DNA of 60,124 bases from Arthrobacter sp. (GCA_030147325.1 JASLAA010000204.1:1-60124); one strand, 5' to 3'; positions 13,478-24,004 are shown, counted from the stretch's first letter. Notes: generated from the sequence alone by a model not told the origin. Made by a program: numbers and translations.

Positions 13478-14956
13478 TCACCCCGACTGATGCAGGTGCA
13501 ATCCCAGGTCGAGCGTGACCGACGTTCCGCCACCGGTCCGGGTACTCCACTCGATCGTGCCACCGAGCTCGCTGGTGACGAGTGTCCGGACGATCTGCAG
13601 GCCGAGGCCCTCGGCATGGCCGCCTGCCGGAAGGCCCACGCCGTCGTCCGCGATCGTCACGCGCAGGAACTCTTCGCCGTCGGCCTCCGTGCGCCTGTTG
13701 GCCATCAGCCACACCGTCCCGGTTCTGCCCGACAACCCGTGCTCGACGGCGTTCGTCACCAGTTCGTTGATCACCAGGGCCAGCGGGGTCGCGAGGTCGC
13801 TCGGAAGCTCGCCGAAATCACCGCTGCGCTCCGTCCGTACGGCCTGTGAAGGGGAGGCGACTTCCGCGGAGAGGCGGAACTGACGGGAGATCAGCTCGTC
13901 GAAATCGACGCTCTGCGCCAGCCCCTGCGACAGCGTCTCGTGGACGAGCGCGATGGTCGACACCCTTCGCATGGCCTGCTCGAGTCCGAGCTTGCCCTCG
14001 TCGCTGACCATGCGTCGTGACTGCATCCGCAGCAGCGCCGCGACGGTCTGCAGATTGTTCTTGACCCGGTGGTGGATCTCGCGGATCGTCGCGTCCTTCG
14101 ACACCAGCTCCATCTCACGGCGGCGGAGCTCGGAGACGTCACGGCACAGCACCAGGGCACCGAAGCGCTCCTTCTCGTCGCGGAGGGGTATTGCGCGCAG
14201 GGACAGGCTGACCCCGCGGGAACCGATCTCGGTCCGCCAGGGCATCCGACCGGTGACGACCAGCGGAAGCGTCTCGTCGACCATCCGGCGGTCCTTGAGG
14301 AGCGCCGTCGTGATCTCGGCCAGGGGCCGTCCCTCGAGGGTCTCGACGTCGCCCAGACGACGGAACGCCGAGACTCCGTTCGGGCTCGCATACTGGACGA
14401 TGCCGTCGACGTCGAGGCGGATGAGACCGTCGCCGACGCGGGGTGCGCCCCGGCGCGAGCCGGTGGGCGTTGCGAAGTCCGGCCACAGCCCGAGCGTGCC
14501 CATGCGCAGGAGATCGTAGGCGCACTGCCGGTAGGTCAGCTCCAGACGCGAGGGCATGCGCGAACTGGAGAGATCCATGTGCGTCGTCACGACCGCGAGC
14601 GTCCGGCCGTTGCGCACCATCGGTACGGCCTCGACGCGCATGGCCATCTCGGTGGTCCAGTTCGTCTCGCCGGAGCGCTCGATGCGCTGCGATTCCCAGG
14701 CGACATCGACGAGCGGCTGGAGATCGGCACGGATGCGCTCGCCCACGAAGTCGCTGTGGAAGACGGTGTGGGACGTGGACGGCCGGGCGTGCGCGAGGGC
14801 GACGTAGCCACCGCCGTCGAGGGGGAACCACAACGCGAGATCGGCGAAGGCCAGGTCTGCCACCATCTGCCAGTCCCCCACGAGGAGGTGAAGCCACTCG
14901 GCGTCGCCGGGTTCGAATCCGGCGTACTCACGGATGGGGTCGGTGAAGATGGCCAT
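13478..14956 (-). CDS. pdtaS: Cytoplasmic sensor histidine kinase PdtaS (GAF-PAS-HisKA_2)
   Basis: DLAFADL N-term, EIHHRVKNNLQ H-box, ELVTNAVEHG, DDGVG, GLGL; whiB1 synteny. Confidence 0.92.
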   Translation of the reverse strand: MAIFTDPIREYAGFEPGDAEWLHLLVGDWQMVADLAFADLALWFPLDGGGYVALAHARPSTSHTVFHSDFVGERIRADLQPLVDVAWESQRIERSGETNWTTEMAMRVEAVPMVRNGRTLAVVTTHMDLSSSRMPSRLELTYRQCAYDLLRMGTLGLWPDFATPTGSRRGAPRVGDGLIRLDVDGIVQYASPNGVSAFRRLGDVETLEGRPLAEITTALLKDRRMVDETLPLVVTGRMPWRTEIGSRGVSLSLRAIPLRDEKERFGALVLCRDVSELRRREMELVSKDATIREIHHRVKNNLQTVAALLRMQSRRMVSDEGKLGLEQAMRRVSTIALVHETLSQGLAQSVDFDELISRQFRLSAEVASPSQAVRTERSGDFGELPSDLATPLALVINELVTNAVEHGLSGRTGTVWLMANRRTEADGEEFLRVTIADDGVGLPAGGHAEGLGLQIVRTLVTSELGGTIEWSTRTGGGTSVTLDLGLHLHQSG

Positions 14957-15051
14957 GAAGTCTCTCTGTGGCAGGTTTGGGGGCCGGTTCGCCAGCAGGC
15001 GTCCGCGCCGGGTCCACGTGGACCGACAAATGGTAGGTCCAGTCTGTCATT

Positions 15052-15081
15052 CACGGGCCCGGTCATTCGACCGGGCCCGTG
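15052..15081 (-). terminator. Hairpin directly after gdh stop
   Basis: 13-bp perfect stem CACGGGCCCGGTC-attc-GACCGGGCCCGTG. Confidence 0.75.
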
Positions 15082-15084
15082 TCG

Positions 15085-18000
15085 TCATCGCACGATCGAT
15101 CGCAGGAGCCTCAGCGCAACAGAGAGGGAGGATATGTCATCCTGCTCCAGCTGGTTCACCTCCGCGAACATGTTGCTGGCGCGTTGCAGCTGGTCGGCAT
15201 TCAACTCCTGCCAGGCCATCAGCCGCTCGCCCGCGTCCTGGCCCTGCAGCGTGGGCGACGCCCGCATGACGGCGACCGCGATATCGGCGACCGTCGAGTA
15301 GAGATCGTCCCGCAGCGCCGCCCGCGCGAGTGCCTGCCAGCGGTCCGTCCGCGGCAGCTTCGTGATGCGCTCGAGCAGGTTGTCCACCTCGAAGCGGTCG
15401 TACACCGCGTAGTAGACCTCGGCGATGTTCTCGACCGGTTCGTCCACCCTGCGCGTGCTGTGGGCGATGTCCAGCAACGCGAAGGACTCGAACTGCTCCG
15501 CCCAGTGGCGTCCCAGTTCCTCCGGCAGCTGCCAGGCCCTCGCAGTCTCCACTCCCGCGCCGGCGCGCTGGAGGTCGCAGCCGCGCAGGTACTCCGACAG
15601 TCGGGCGCGGAACGGAGCCACGAGTGGCTTGAACGCGTCGATGTCCTCCTGCACGGAGGTGCCCTGCTCGACATGGTTCACGAACCAGCGCACCGCGCGG
15701 TCGAGCAGCCGGCGCAGGTCCAGGTGCACGGTGCTCCAGCGGTCGGTCGGGAAGTCGGCGGGAAGCTCTGCCAGGGCGTCGATCGTCTCGTCGAGCGAAT
15801 AGATCTCGCGCAGCGCCACGAAGGCCCGTGCGATGACGGGCTCGGCCACCGAGGTCTCCTCCATCACCCTGAAGGCGAAGGTGATGCCGCCGATGTTGAT
15901 GATGTCGTTGGCGATGACCGTGGAGATGATCTCGCGCCGCAGGGGGTGGGTGTCCAGCAGGTCGTCGAACCGGTCGACGAGCTGCCGCGGGAAGTACCGG
16001 CGGAGCGTCGCCCTGAAGTAGGGATCGTCCGCGAGGCTGCTGGCGGACAGGACCCTGGTCAACTCGATCTTCGCGTAAGCCGACAGGACCGACAGCTCCG
16101 GTGAGGTGAGCCCCTGTCCGGCGTCGAGCCTGCGGCGCAGCTCCGCCGTGGTCGGCAGTGCCTCCAGGCTGCGGTCGAGGTCCCCCTTCTTCTCCAGCGC
16201 GTCCATCATCCGCTCGTAGCTGGGACTCCACTCGGCCACCCGCTGACGGTCGTTGAGCAGCAGGACGTTCTGGTCCACGTTGTCCTGGAGCACGAGCCGG
16301 GCGACGTCGCCCGTCATCGAGTGCAAGAACTCCGTGCGCTCATCTGGCCGCAGCCGGCCGGCCCGGACCATCCGGTCCACGAAGATCTTGATGTTGACCT
16401 CGTGGTCGGAGCAGTCGACGCCTGCGCTGTTGTCGATCGCATCGGTGTTGAGGACGACCCCGTTGAGGGCTGCCTCGATGCGCCCTCGCTGGGTCATGCC
16501 GAGGTTGCCGCCCTCCCCCACGACACGGGCCCGCAGCTCGTTCCCGTTGACACGGATGGCGTCGTTCGCGCGGTCCCCGACGTCGGCACTCGTCTCGGCG
16601 GAGGCCTTCACGTAGGTACCGATGCCTCCGTTGTAGAGCAGGTCCGCGGGCGCCCGCAGGATCGCCCGCAGCAGTTCCGGCGGGCTCAGGCTCTCCACTC
16701 CTGGCTCGAGGCCGAGCGCCTCGCGCACCTCGGGCGAGATGGGAATGGACTTCGCCTGCCGCGGGTAGACCCCCCCACCGGCGCTGATGAGGTTCGCGTC
16801 GTAGTCCTGCCAGCTGGACCGCGGAAGCTCGAACAGCCGCTTGCGCTCCGCGAAGGACGTGTGAGCCTCCGGATCCGGGTCGAGGAAGATGTGGCGGTGG
16901 TCGAAGGCGGCCAGCAGGCGGATGTGTTCGGACAGGAGCATCCCGTTGCCGAAGACGTCACCGCTCATGTCGCCGACCCCGACGACCGTGAAGTCCTCGC
17001 TCTGCGTGTCGACGTCGAACTCGCTGAAATGCCGCTTGACCGACTCCCAGGCGCCCCGGGCGGTGATGCCCATGGCCTTGTGGTCGTAGCCCACCGAACC
17101 GCCGGAGGCGAACGCGTCACCCAGCCAGAAGTGGTACTCGGCGGACAGCTCGTTGGCGATATCCGAGAAGGACGCCGTTCCCTTGTCCGCTGCCACGACG
17201 AGGTAGGTGTCGTCGTCGTCGTGCCTGACCACCCGCTCGGGCGCCAGCACCGACTCGCTGGTGCCGTTGGTGATGACGTTGTCGGTGATGTCGAGGAGGC
17301 CGCGGATGAACGTGCGGTAGCTCGCCTGCCCCTCCGCCAGCCAGGCCTGGCGGTCGACGGCGGGGTCGGGGAGCTGCTTCGCGAAGAAGCCGCCCTTCGC
17401 CCCCGAGGGAACGATGACCGCGTTCTTGACGGTCTGGGCCTTGACCAGACCGAGCACCTCCGTGCGGAAATCCTCGCGGCGGTCCGACCACCGCAGACCG
17501 CCCCTGGCCACTTTCCCGAAGCGGAGGTGGACACCTTCGACCTGGGGTGAGTAGACCCAGATCTCGAACTTCGGCCGGGGGAAGGGAGCGCCGTCGATCC
17601 GCGCGGTGTCGAACTTGAAGCTGACGTGTCGCTTGTCCTGGAAGTAGTTCGTCCGCAACGTCGCTTCGATGAGGTTCGCGAAGGTCCGCAGGACGCGATC
17701 CGCGTCGAGCGTCGGCACTGCCTCGAGGGCTTCGTCGAGGGTCGCCCGTGCTCGGATCGCGGCGTCGTCCCGGTCACCGTCGAGGTCCGGGTCGAAGCGG
17801 GCGGTGAAGAGGGCGACGAGTCCGCGGCTCACGGCGGGATTCCTCAGCAGGGTGTCGGCGACGAATCCGTACGAATTGGTATTGCCCATCTGGCGCATGT
17901 ACTTGGCGTAGGCACGGAGGACGATGACCTGGCGCCAGCCGAGTTCCTCCCGCAGGACGAGCCGATCGAACGGATCCGACTCGCTGGTACCCACGACTGC

Positions 18001-19923
18001 CGCACTGAAGGCGTCCTGCAGGAGCCCCGCGGTGCCGAGCGGTGAGATGCCCTCCGGGTACTTCAGCCCCAGGTCGTAGAGGAAGAACGACCGACCGTCC
18101 GACCGCGTGATCTCGAACGGCCGTTCATCCAGCACTTCGAGGCCCAGGTTGTGGAAGTACGGCAGGATCTGGGTGAGGCTCTTCGCGCTCTTCAGGTAGA
18201 GCTTCAGCCTGGCGTCCTCGGCTCCGCCGGAATGGTGCCCGCGCGGCACGTAGACATGCAACTGGGGCCCTGCGCCGCCCGCTCCGGCAAGCTCCTCGAA
18301 CCGGGCGATGTCCTCCAGGGCGTCCTCGACCTCGTAATCCACCCGGTAGCTCGGCGGGAAGGACTCGGCCCAGAGGATCGCGAGTCGCTGTGCGCTCTCC
18401 TGCTCGAACTTCTGCTGTGCGACCTCGACGATTCCCTCGGACCAGGACCGGGCAGCGCGGACGAGGCGCTCCTCCAGCCGGCCGGCATCGACCGACGGCA
18501 CTTCCGCCCCGCGCTGGAGTCGGATCCTGAAGAACAGGCGCGCGAGGGCGGACTCACTCATCCGTGCCTCGAAGTCGATGGAGTCCGCGTTCAGCTCCTT
18601 CCGCAGTTCGTCCTCGATGCGCAGGCGGACACTCGTGGTGTACCGGTCGCGGGGCAGATAGACGAGGGCCGACATGAAGCGCCCGTAGACGTCCGGGCGG
18701 AGGAACAGCCGAGTACGGCGTCGTTCCTGCAGCCTGAGGATACCGAGCGCGGTGGTGACGAGATCCGACACCTCGATCTGGAAGAGCTCGTCGCGCGGGT
18801 ACGTCTCGAGGATGGACAGCAGGTCCTTGCCGGAGTGCGAGTCGGAGGGGAACCCGCAGCGCCGCAGGACCTCCGCGACCTTGTCCCGGACGAGGGGGAC
18901 GTTGCGTACCGACCCTGTATAGGCGCTGGTCGCGAACAGCCCGATGAACCGGCGCTCACCGCTGACGTTGCCGTGGGCGTCGAAGCTCTTGATGCCGATG
19001 TAGTCGAGATAGGCGGCACGATGCACTGTCGAGCGGGAGTTGGCTTTGGTGATGACGAGGGCCCGGCGCTCCCGCGCCTTCGCCCTGCCCGACGACGTCA
19101 GCTGCTGGACGTGCCCGCCACCGCTGCCGTGGCGCAACAGTCCCAGACCGCTGCCCTCACGGACCCTCAGGGCATCGTCCCCCGCGTCGTCCGCCACGAG
19201 GTCGTATTCCTTGTAGCCCAGGAACGTGAAGTTGCCGTTGTCGAGCCATCGCAGGAGCTCCTGCGCCTGGCGGAGGTCCGGCACGGCCTCGGCCCCGGCG
19301 ACGGAGGCGAGGGATGCCTCGATCCCGCGGACGGTGTTGCGCATCGCGGGCCAGTCCTCGACCGCGGCCCGGACGTCGTTCAGCACCCGGTGCAGGCCGT
19401 CGATCACCGAGGCTTTGCCTGCTGCGTCGGGGAAACGGGACACCTCGACGGAGATCCAGGACTCGAGGTGGGTCGTGTGCCCTGCCTGTCCGACGAGGAG
19501 CCCGATATTCGGAAGTGCCGCGGTGTCACCGCTCGACGCTCCGGCAGTGGAGGGCACGCGCTCCAGCGCCGCGAGCGCATGGGAGGCGTCGTCCCTCACC
19601 GCGAGGAAGGTCGGGTGGACCACCAGTTGGATCGCCGCGTTCTGACGGACCAGTTCCGCGGTGACCGAGTCGACGAGGAACGGCATGTCGTCGGTCACGA
19701 TCATCACGACGCTCGATGCCGCCTGATCCATGACGGCGACGGAGGCGGTGCCCGGTGCGCGTGATTCCGCGAGGTCCCGGTGAGCAAAGGCACGCTGGCG
19801 AAGGTCCGACGGCGGGTAGCCGGCGGCGTCCTCGCGGGCGAGGTGCTCGAAGTAGTGCCCTACGAAATCCTCCCGAGAAGTGTCCGAGCTTGACTGATCC
19901 GTTGTCCTGGATCCAGACGACAT
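15085..19923 (-). CDS. gdhB: Large NAD-specific glutamate dehydrogenase
   Basis: 1612 aa; DDMPFLVDS, ARGGLRWSDR, VVAADKGTA, GVGDMSGDVFGNG, DNSAGVDCSDHEVN. Confidence 0.97.
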   Translation of the reverse strand: MSSGSRTTDQSSSDTSREDFVGHYFEHLAREDAAGYPPSDLRQRAFAHRDLAESRAPGTASVAVMDQAASSVVMIVTDDMPFLVDSVTAELVRQNAAIQLVVHPTFLAVRDDASHALAALERVPSTAGASSGDTAALPNIGLLVGQAGHTTHLESWISVEVSRFPDAAGKASVIDGLHRVLNDVRAAVEDWPAMRNTVRGIEASLASVAGAEAVPDLRQAQELLRWLDNGNFTFLGYKEYDLVADDAGDDALRVREGSGLGLLRHGSGGGHVQQLTSSGRAKARERRALVITKANSRSTVHRAAYLDYIGIKSFDAHGNVSGERRFIGLFATSAYTGSVRNVPLVRDKVAEVLRRCGFPSDSHSGKDLLSILETYPRDELFQIEVSDLVTTALGILRLQERRRTRLFLRPDVYGRFMSALVYLPRDRYTTSVRLRIEDELRKELNADSIDFEARMSESALARLFFRIRLQRGAEVPSVDAGRLEERLVRAARSWSEGIVEVAQQKFEQESAQRLAILWAESFPPSYRVDYEVEDALEDIARFEELAGAGGAGPQLHVYVPRGHHSGGAEDARLKLYLKSAKSLTQILPYFHNLGLEVLDERPFEITRSDGRSFFLYDLGLKYPEGISPLGTAGLLQDAFSAAVVGTSESDPFDRLVLREELGWRQVIVLRAYAKYMRQMGNTNSYGFVADTLLRNPAVSRGLVALFTARFDPDLDGDRDDAAIRARATLDEALEAVPTLDADRVLRTFANLIEATLRTNYFQDKRHVSFKFDTARIDGAPFPRPKFEIWVYSPQVEGVHLRFGKVARGGLRWSDRREDFRTEVLGLVKAQTVKNAVIVPSGAKGGFFAKQLPDPAVDRQAWLAEGQASYRTFIRGLLDITDNVITNGTSESVLAPERVVRHDDDDTYLVVAADKGTASFSDIANELSAEYHFWLGDAFASGGSVGYDHKAMGITARGAWESVKRHFSEFDVDTQSEDFTVVGVGDMSGDVFGNGMLLSEHIRLLAAFDHRHIFLDPDPEAHTSFAERKRLFELPRSSWQDYDANLISAGGGVYPRQAKSIPISPEVREALGLEPGVESLSPPELLRAILRAPADLLYNGGIGTYVKASAETSADVGDRANDAIRVNGNELRARVVGEGGNLGMTQRGRIEAALNGVVLNTDAIDNSAGVDCSDHEVNIKIFVDRMVRAGRLRPDERTEFLHSMTGDVARLVLQDNVDQNVLLLNDRQRVAEWSPSYERMMDALEKKGDLDRSLEALPTTAELRRRLDAGQGLTSPELSVLSAYAKIELTRVLSASSLADDPYFRATLRRYFPRQLVDRFDDLLDTHPLRREIISTVIANDIINIGGITFAFRVMEETSVAEPVIARAFVALREIYSLDETIDALAELPADFPTDRWSTVHLDLRRLLDRAVRWFVNHVEQGTSVQEDIDAFKPLVAPFRARLSEYLRGCDLQRAGAGVETARAWQLPEELGRHWAEQFESFALLDIAHSTRRVDEPVENIAEVYYAVYDRFEVDNLLERITKLPRTDRWQALARAALRDDLYSTVADIAVAVMRASPTLQGQDAGERLMAWQELNADQLQRASNMFAEVNQLEQDDISSLSVALRLLRSIVR

Positions 19924-20005
19924 GGGGAGGGCCTCCGTAGCGAAATTAAAGACCGCTCCATTGCGGCCTCTTACCGTGGCAGCCTATCCGTGTTGTCCGC
20001 AAACT

Positions 20006-21298
20006 TCACCTCACGCGGAAGCCACCGGTACCGCGCCTCCCCCTGTGGCCCGCGGGCACATCGGCCAGCGCCGCGATCGCGAGTCGCAGGGGTGAGTCCG
20101 GGGCGGTCTCCAGCAGGGCAGAGCCCGCGAGGAGTGCCTGATCAGCCGCCGCATGATCGGCGGGAAGGAACGCGGTGATGGTGGCGGTCGGGCCGAAGCG
20201 CTCCCAGGCCTCGCGCAACTGCGCCTCCGGTGACCGGCCGACCGCGGAGGGCCTGACCTTGTTGAAGACGACGCGCGGAGTGGCAGTGGGAACGCCATCG
20301 GCGAGTTCGGCGAGCGCTTTCACCATCCGCGGCACACCGATCGCGTCCGCCGCGGCGATGGCGAACACGGTGTCCGCAGCCTCCAGGCATCGCAGGGTGG
20401 CCCCGTTGCGCCGAGGAGCCAGGGTATCGAAACTCAGCTCCTCATCCGCTTCGAGGCAGAAACCGCAGTCGACGACGGTGACGTCGACGAGGGACCGCGC
20501 TGCTGCGAGGACCTGCGCGAGGGCGGCAGGACGCAACTCCGGCCAGCGGTCGGGTCTCGTGATCCCGGTGAGGACCCGGAGCCGTTCACCCTTGATCGCG
20601 ACACTCACCGCCACCCTGCCGAGTACCGCGGCCGCGAAACCGCCCTGATCCGCGATACGGCAGGCCTGGGCGAGGCCGGCGGACTCGTCCAACAGACCGA
20701 GGCAGGCGCCGATGCTCGCGCCGTACGTGTCCGCGTCGATCAACAGGACCGATTGCCCCGCCGCCGAGAGCTCTGCGGCGAGATTGACGGCGACGGTCGT
20801 CCGGCCCGGAGCTCCGGACGGCCCCCAGACGGCGATGATCCGGCCGTCTCCGTGTTCCCCGACGACGGCTGGGAGCGGCGGAACGGGGACCGCCGGAGGG
20901 CCGAGCGGGTCGGCGTACGCCAGCGATCCCCGCGGCCGGACCGTCTCGACGTCGAACCGGTCGACGGCACGCGAGACCGCGCCCGCGAGGGCCGCGGGCT
21001 CGACGGAGGACCCCACGTACTCGACACCGTCCGGGCCGGCGCGCTCGGCAGCCTCCACCGCGTCCGACAGGGCGATGACGACGACGCCCGCGAAGTGGAG
21101 CCTCTCCACCAGTGAGGACGTGAGTTCCGCCGCCCCCGGAGCGAGGATCACGGCGCGCGCCATGCCCGACTGGCAGGCCGCGATCACCTCGGACAGTTCC
21201 TCGCACCGGCGGACGACGGTAACGGGACCGCGCAGTTGCTCGAGGCCGGGTACGAAGGCACTCGCGGCAGCGCCGAGCGTGATGACGGGGATGCTCAC
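20006..21298 (-). CDS. CpaE/MinD/Ssd-like ATPase with N-terminal receiver-like domain
   Basis: Deviant Walker A GPSGAPGRTT, LLIDAD, VVDCG, FNKV; GTGA overlap with SAF gene. Confidence 0.8.
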   Translation of the reverse strand: MSIPVITLGAAASAFVPGLEQLRGPVTVVRRCEELSEVIAACQSGMARAVILAPGAAELTSSLVERLHFAGVVVIALSDAVEAAERAGPDGVEYVGSSVEPAALAGAVSRAVDRFDVETVRPRGSLAYADPLGPPAVPVPPLPAVVGEHGDGRIIAVWGPSGAPGRTTVAVNLAAELSAAGQSVLLIDADTYGASIGACLGLLDESAGLAQACRIADQGGFAAAVLGRVAVSVAIKGERLRVLTGITRPDRWPELRPAALAQVLAAARSLVDVTVVDCGFCLEADEELSFDTLAPRRNGATLRCLEAADTVFAIAAADAIGVPRMVKALAELADGVPTATPRVVFNKVRPSAVGRSPEAQLREAWERFGPTATITAFLPADHAAADQALLAGSALLETAPDSPLRLAIAALADVPAGHRGRRGTGGFRVR

Positions 21299-21951
21299 GA
21301 ACCGGCACCGGGATCGAGCACGACGGCGATCCGGGCGTCGTTGGACAGTGCGTCGAGCAGCTCCGGCATGGCCTCGTCACCCACGAGCACGTGGACCAGT
21401 GTCGACGAGCTCGACCCCAGCGCCGACTCCCCTACCGTCAGCTCGGCGACCTCGGCAGCTTCGAGGAGCAGGCGCGGCTCGTCGTAACTGTTCGTAGCGG
21501 TGCGGAGCGAGACCCAGACGTCGACCCGATCGCCCGCTGCGGCACCTGTCGGCAGCGGATCCTCGACCGTCAGACCGACCGGCTTGCGGTCCAGCTCGTC
21601 GGATGTCCCGAGCGCAGCAACCGGCACCAGTTCGCCGCGGCTGATCAGCCTCGTCGCCACGGCGCCGACGGGCACCCCTTCTGAGACGGCCAGGTAGGCG
21701 TCCGCGGATTCGCCGAGACCGACCGGCACGGCCACGAGGTTCTCCCGGGTCAGGGCTGCTCCGACGGGCAGGTCCTGGCCCGCCGAGTACACCTCCGTGG
21801 AGGTGTTCTGGCTATCGATCAGCGCGATCACTCCGGCCGTCGACGCGAGCACGAGGAGCAGGCCGATCAGGAGTCGGGGATCCCGCCAGGACGGTTTCCG
21901 GAGCCGCTGGACCTCGACCGGCGACTGGGCGGTGCGCGTTTCGGGACTCAC
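21295..21951 (-). CDS. SAF-domain membrane protein (CpaB/RcpC-like)
   Basis: WRDPRLLIG TM, DLPVG..L SAF motif, GDRVDVWVS. Confidence 0.78.
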   Translation of the reverse strand: MSPETRTAQSPVEVQRLRKPSWRDPRLLIGLLLVLASTAGVIALIDSQNTSTEVYSAGQDLPVGAALTRENLVAVPVGLGESADAYLAVSEGVPVGAVATRLISRGELVPVAALGTSDELDRKPVGLTVEDPLPTGAAAGDRVDVWVSLRTATNSYDEPRLLLEAAEVAELTVGESALGSSSSTLVHVLVGDEAMPELLDALSNDARIAVVLDPGAGS

Positions 21952-22141
21952 TGTGATCCTCCGGCGTCAGGCTCCGAGCCGCCCTTCTCCGGCAGCACTT
22001 CCGTCGGCAATTCTTCTGCACAAGTGGCGCCAAGGGAACGGACGGTCGACAGATCGGGCTGAAGTGTGGATATCCGCTGTCATCGAACCACTCGATGGCA
22101 GACTGGTCTCCATCACCCGGGCAACCCTGAAAGGCGGGCGC

Positions 22142-22369
22142 GTGGCCGAGCGGCGTTTCCTCACCCTCGCAGACGTAGCAGAGGTACTCAACATCAGTTC
22201 CTCACAGACGTATGCGCTCGTCCGCTCCGGCGACCTGCCCGCGATCCAGGTGGGGGGCCGCGGTCAGTGGCGCGTGGAGACGCGGGTGCTGGAGGAGTAC
22301 ATCTCGAAAGCCTACGAGAAGACGGCTTCGGCCCTCAAGAACGAGCCGGAGAGTACGCCGCTCCCTTGA
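22142..22369 (+). CDS. Excisionase/BldC-like helix-turn-helix protein (HTH_17)
   Basis: RFLTLADVAEVLNIS...VRSGDLPAIQVGGRGQWRV; GAAAGG RBS before GTG. Confidence 0.88.
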   Translation: MAERRFLTLADVAEVLNISSSQTYALVRSGDLPAIQVGGRGQWRVETRVLEEYISKAYEKTASALKNEPESTPLP

Positions 22370-22399
22370 CGGGGCCGTCCCTCGTCCAGCTGCCGCCGC

Positions 22400-22960
22400 C
22401 TATTCCACGGCCACCGCTGCGTCGACCGTGTCGATCGAGGTGAAGGGAACCGTGATCAGCTCCCGCACATTCGAGGCCTGCCGTTCCACCCCCGGGACCA
22501 CCAGCCCCAGGTCCAGGAAGTCTGCACCGACCCGGTCTATCACCCCGGAACGACGGGAGGAGGGCGCGCCGACCCAGAGCGTCACCTGCACCCTGTCGCG
22601 GGACAGACCACGGAGGGCGGATCCCAGCCCGAGTCTCGCCTGTACGACGCCCAGCGGCTGACCGACGCTGCGGCGAAGACCACGTACCGTCTCCAGTGAC
22701 GAGATCGGCACGATCACGGAACGCCCCTCGACTGACAGCGCCAGCCACTGCGAGCCGACGTTGGTGAGCGTGCCCGACAGGTGCCTGCCTCCGCTCGTCG
22801 CCACGCCGATCAATGCACCACGCTGACCCGACAAGCGCTGCACCAGTGTGATCCGAGCATGCTCGGCCCGGGTGCGGTCCCGGATCTCGCTCTCCTGCCG
22901 GGCGCTCGTCGCAGCCTCCAGTTGGGATTCCAGATCGTCGAACAGAGCATCCCACCGCAT
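22400..22960 (-). CDS. Conserved actinobacterial hypothetical protein (MRWDALFDDLE..., two Sm-like beta modules inferred)
   Basis: Coherent ORF, leaderless with TTGACC-N17-TAGGTT promoter. Confidence 0.75.
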   Translation of the reverse strand: MRWDALFDDLESQLEAATSARQESEIRDRTRAEHARITLVQRLSGQRGALIGVATSGGRHLSGTLTNVGSQWLALSVEGRSVIVPISSLETVRGLRRSVGQPLGVVQARLGLGSALRGLSRDRVQVTLWVGAPSSRRSGVIDRVGADFLDLGLVVPGVERQASNVRELITVPFTSIDTVDAAVAVE

Positions 22961-22966
22961 GACCTC

Positions 22967-22995
22967 AACCTAGAGGGGCGCGGAAGCAAGGTCAA
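22967..22995 (-). promoter_or_regulatory. SigA-type promoter, leaderless transcript
   Basis: TTGACC-17-TAGGTT-6-ATG on minus strand. Confidence 0.75.
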
Positions 22996-23020
22996 CGGGT
23001 CTTACACACAGCGAATAACC

Positions 23021-23060
23021 CCAACGTAGACAAACGTCATCAAACTGCATCAAACTGGAC
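23021..23060 (+). repeat. Four 10-bp-period direct repeats (core CAAAC)
   Basis: CCAACGTAGA CAAACGTCAT CAAACTGCAT CAAACTGGAC. Confidence 0.7.
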
Positions 23061-23079
23061 CTCCTACGAAGGAGGGACC

Positions 23080-23910
23080 ATGAGGAGATCCGACGCGGTA
23101 CAGGCGGGCGTCATCCTGGCGAGCGGCCTCGTCATGGCGAAGGCGGGCCACCTGCTGTGGTTCCCTCCGGGGTCCGACGACTCCTGGGACCTGGAGCGCA
23201 GCCTGGGGGTCGGTATGTCCGTCGCCGGGATGATGGTCGTCGCCGCGTGGCTGCTCGCGCTGGGCATCGCGCTCGCAGCAGGGCTGCTGGAGCGGTGCGG
23301 TCAGGACACCGCTGCTCGCATTGCTGCGCAGTGCACGCCTGCCGTCATGAGACGGCTTGCCGGCGCGCTTCTCGGCATCAACCTCATCGCGGTGCCGACC
23401 GTCGCACAGGCAGCTCCGCCCGCAGCAGCCGGAGTGACTGGGGCCTCCGCGACGGTCGAGACCAGGGCTGTAGCCGTGGGCGACGTGCTCACCCCCCTCC
23501 TCCGCGAGCGGAGCCGGTCCACCCACCCCGCCAGGGGGGCCACCACGGAGGCTTCGGGTTCGCCCTCCTGGTCGGGTCGCCCTGCCGGCACGGACAGCGC
23601 GCGGGAGCCGACCCGGGACGCGGGATCATCCGGTGTATCGCCCGCCTGGCAGCCGACTGCCCTGCCTGCCGACGGAGGATTACTGGTTCGGCCAGACAGC
23701 AGATCCGACGCCAGGACGGAGGGCATCGCGGTTGCCCCGGGCGACTCGCTGTGGTCGATCGTCGCCCGCCACCTCGGTCCGCTGGCGACGCCCGCTGAGA
23801 TCGCCAAGGCCTGGCCAGTGTGGTTCGAGGCCAACCGCTCGACCATCGGGGACGATCCCGCCCTGCTCATCCCGGGACAGGTTCTTCGCGCTCCATCGAG
23901 CGGGGAGTAG
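23080..23910 (+). CDS. Membrane-anchored LysM peptidoglycan-binding protein
   Basis: N-terminal TMs, linker, C-terminal VAPGDSLWSI...DDPALLIPGQVL; GAAGGAGG RBS. Confidence 0.85.
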   Translation: MRRSDAVQAGVILASGLVMAKAGHLLWFPPGSDDSWDLERSLGVGMSVAGMMVVAAWLLALGIALAAGLLERCGQDTAARIAAQCTPAVMRRLAGALLGINLIAVPTVAQAAPPAAAGVTGASATVETRAVAVGDVLTPLLRERSRSTHPARGATTEASGSPSWSGRPAGTDSAREPTRDAGSSGVSPAWQPTALPADGGLLVRPDSRSDARTEGIAVAPGDSLWSIVARHLGPLATPAEIAKAWPVWFEANRSTIGDDPALLIPGQVLRAPSSGE

Positions 23911-24004
23911 CTCCGGCCGCCCCCTCCCTTCGCCCCGACACCCGTCTTCCGTGTGCCTCCGGCGCACGCCCCCCCGAAGTGACGACCGAATGGAAAGGAA
24001 CCAC

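Noticed and set aside
22142..22369. Excisionase as prophage/ICE marker
   Set aside because: No integrase, att repeat, tRNA or compositional shift; flanked by core genes
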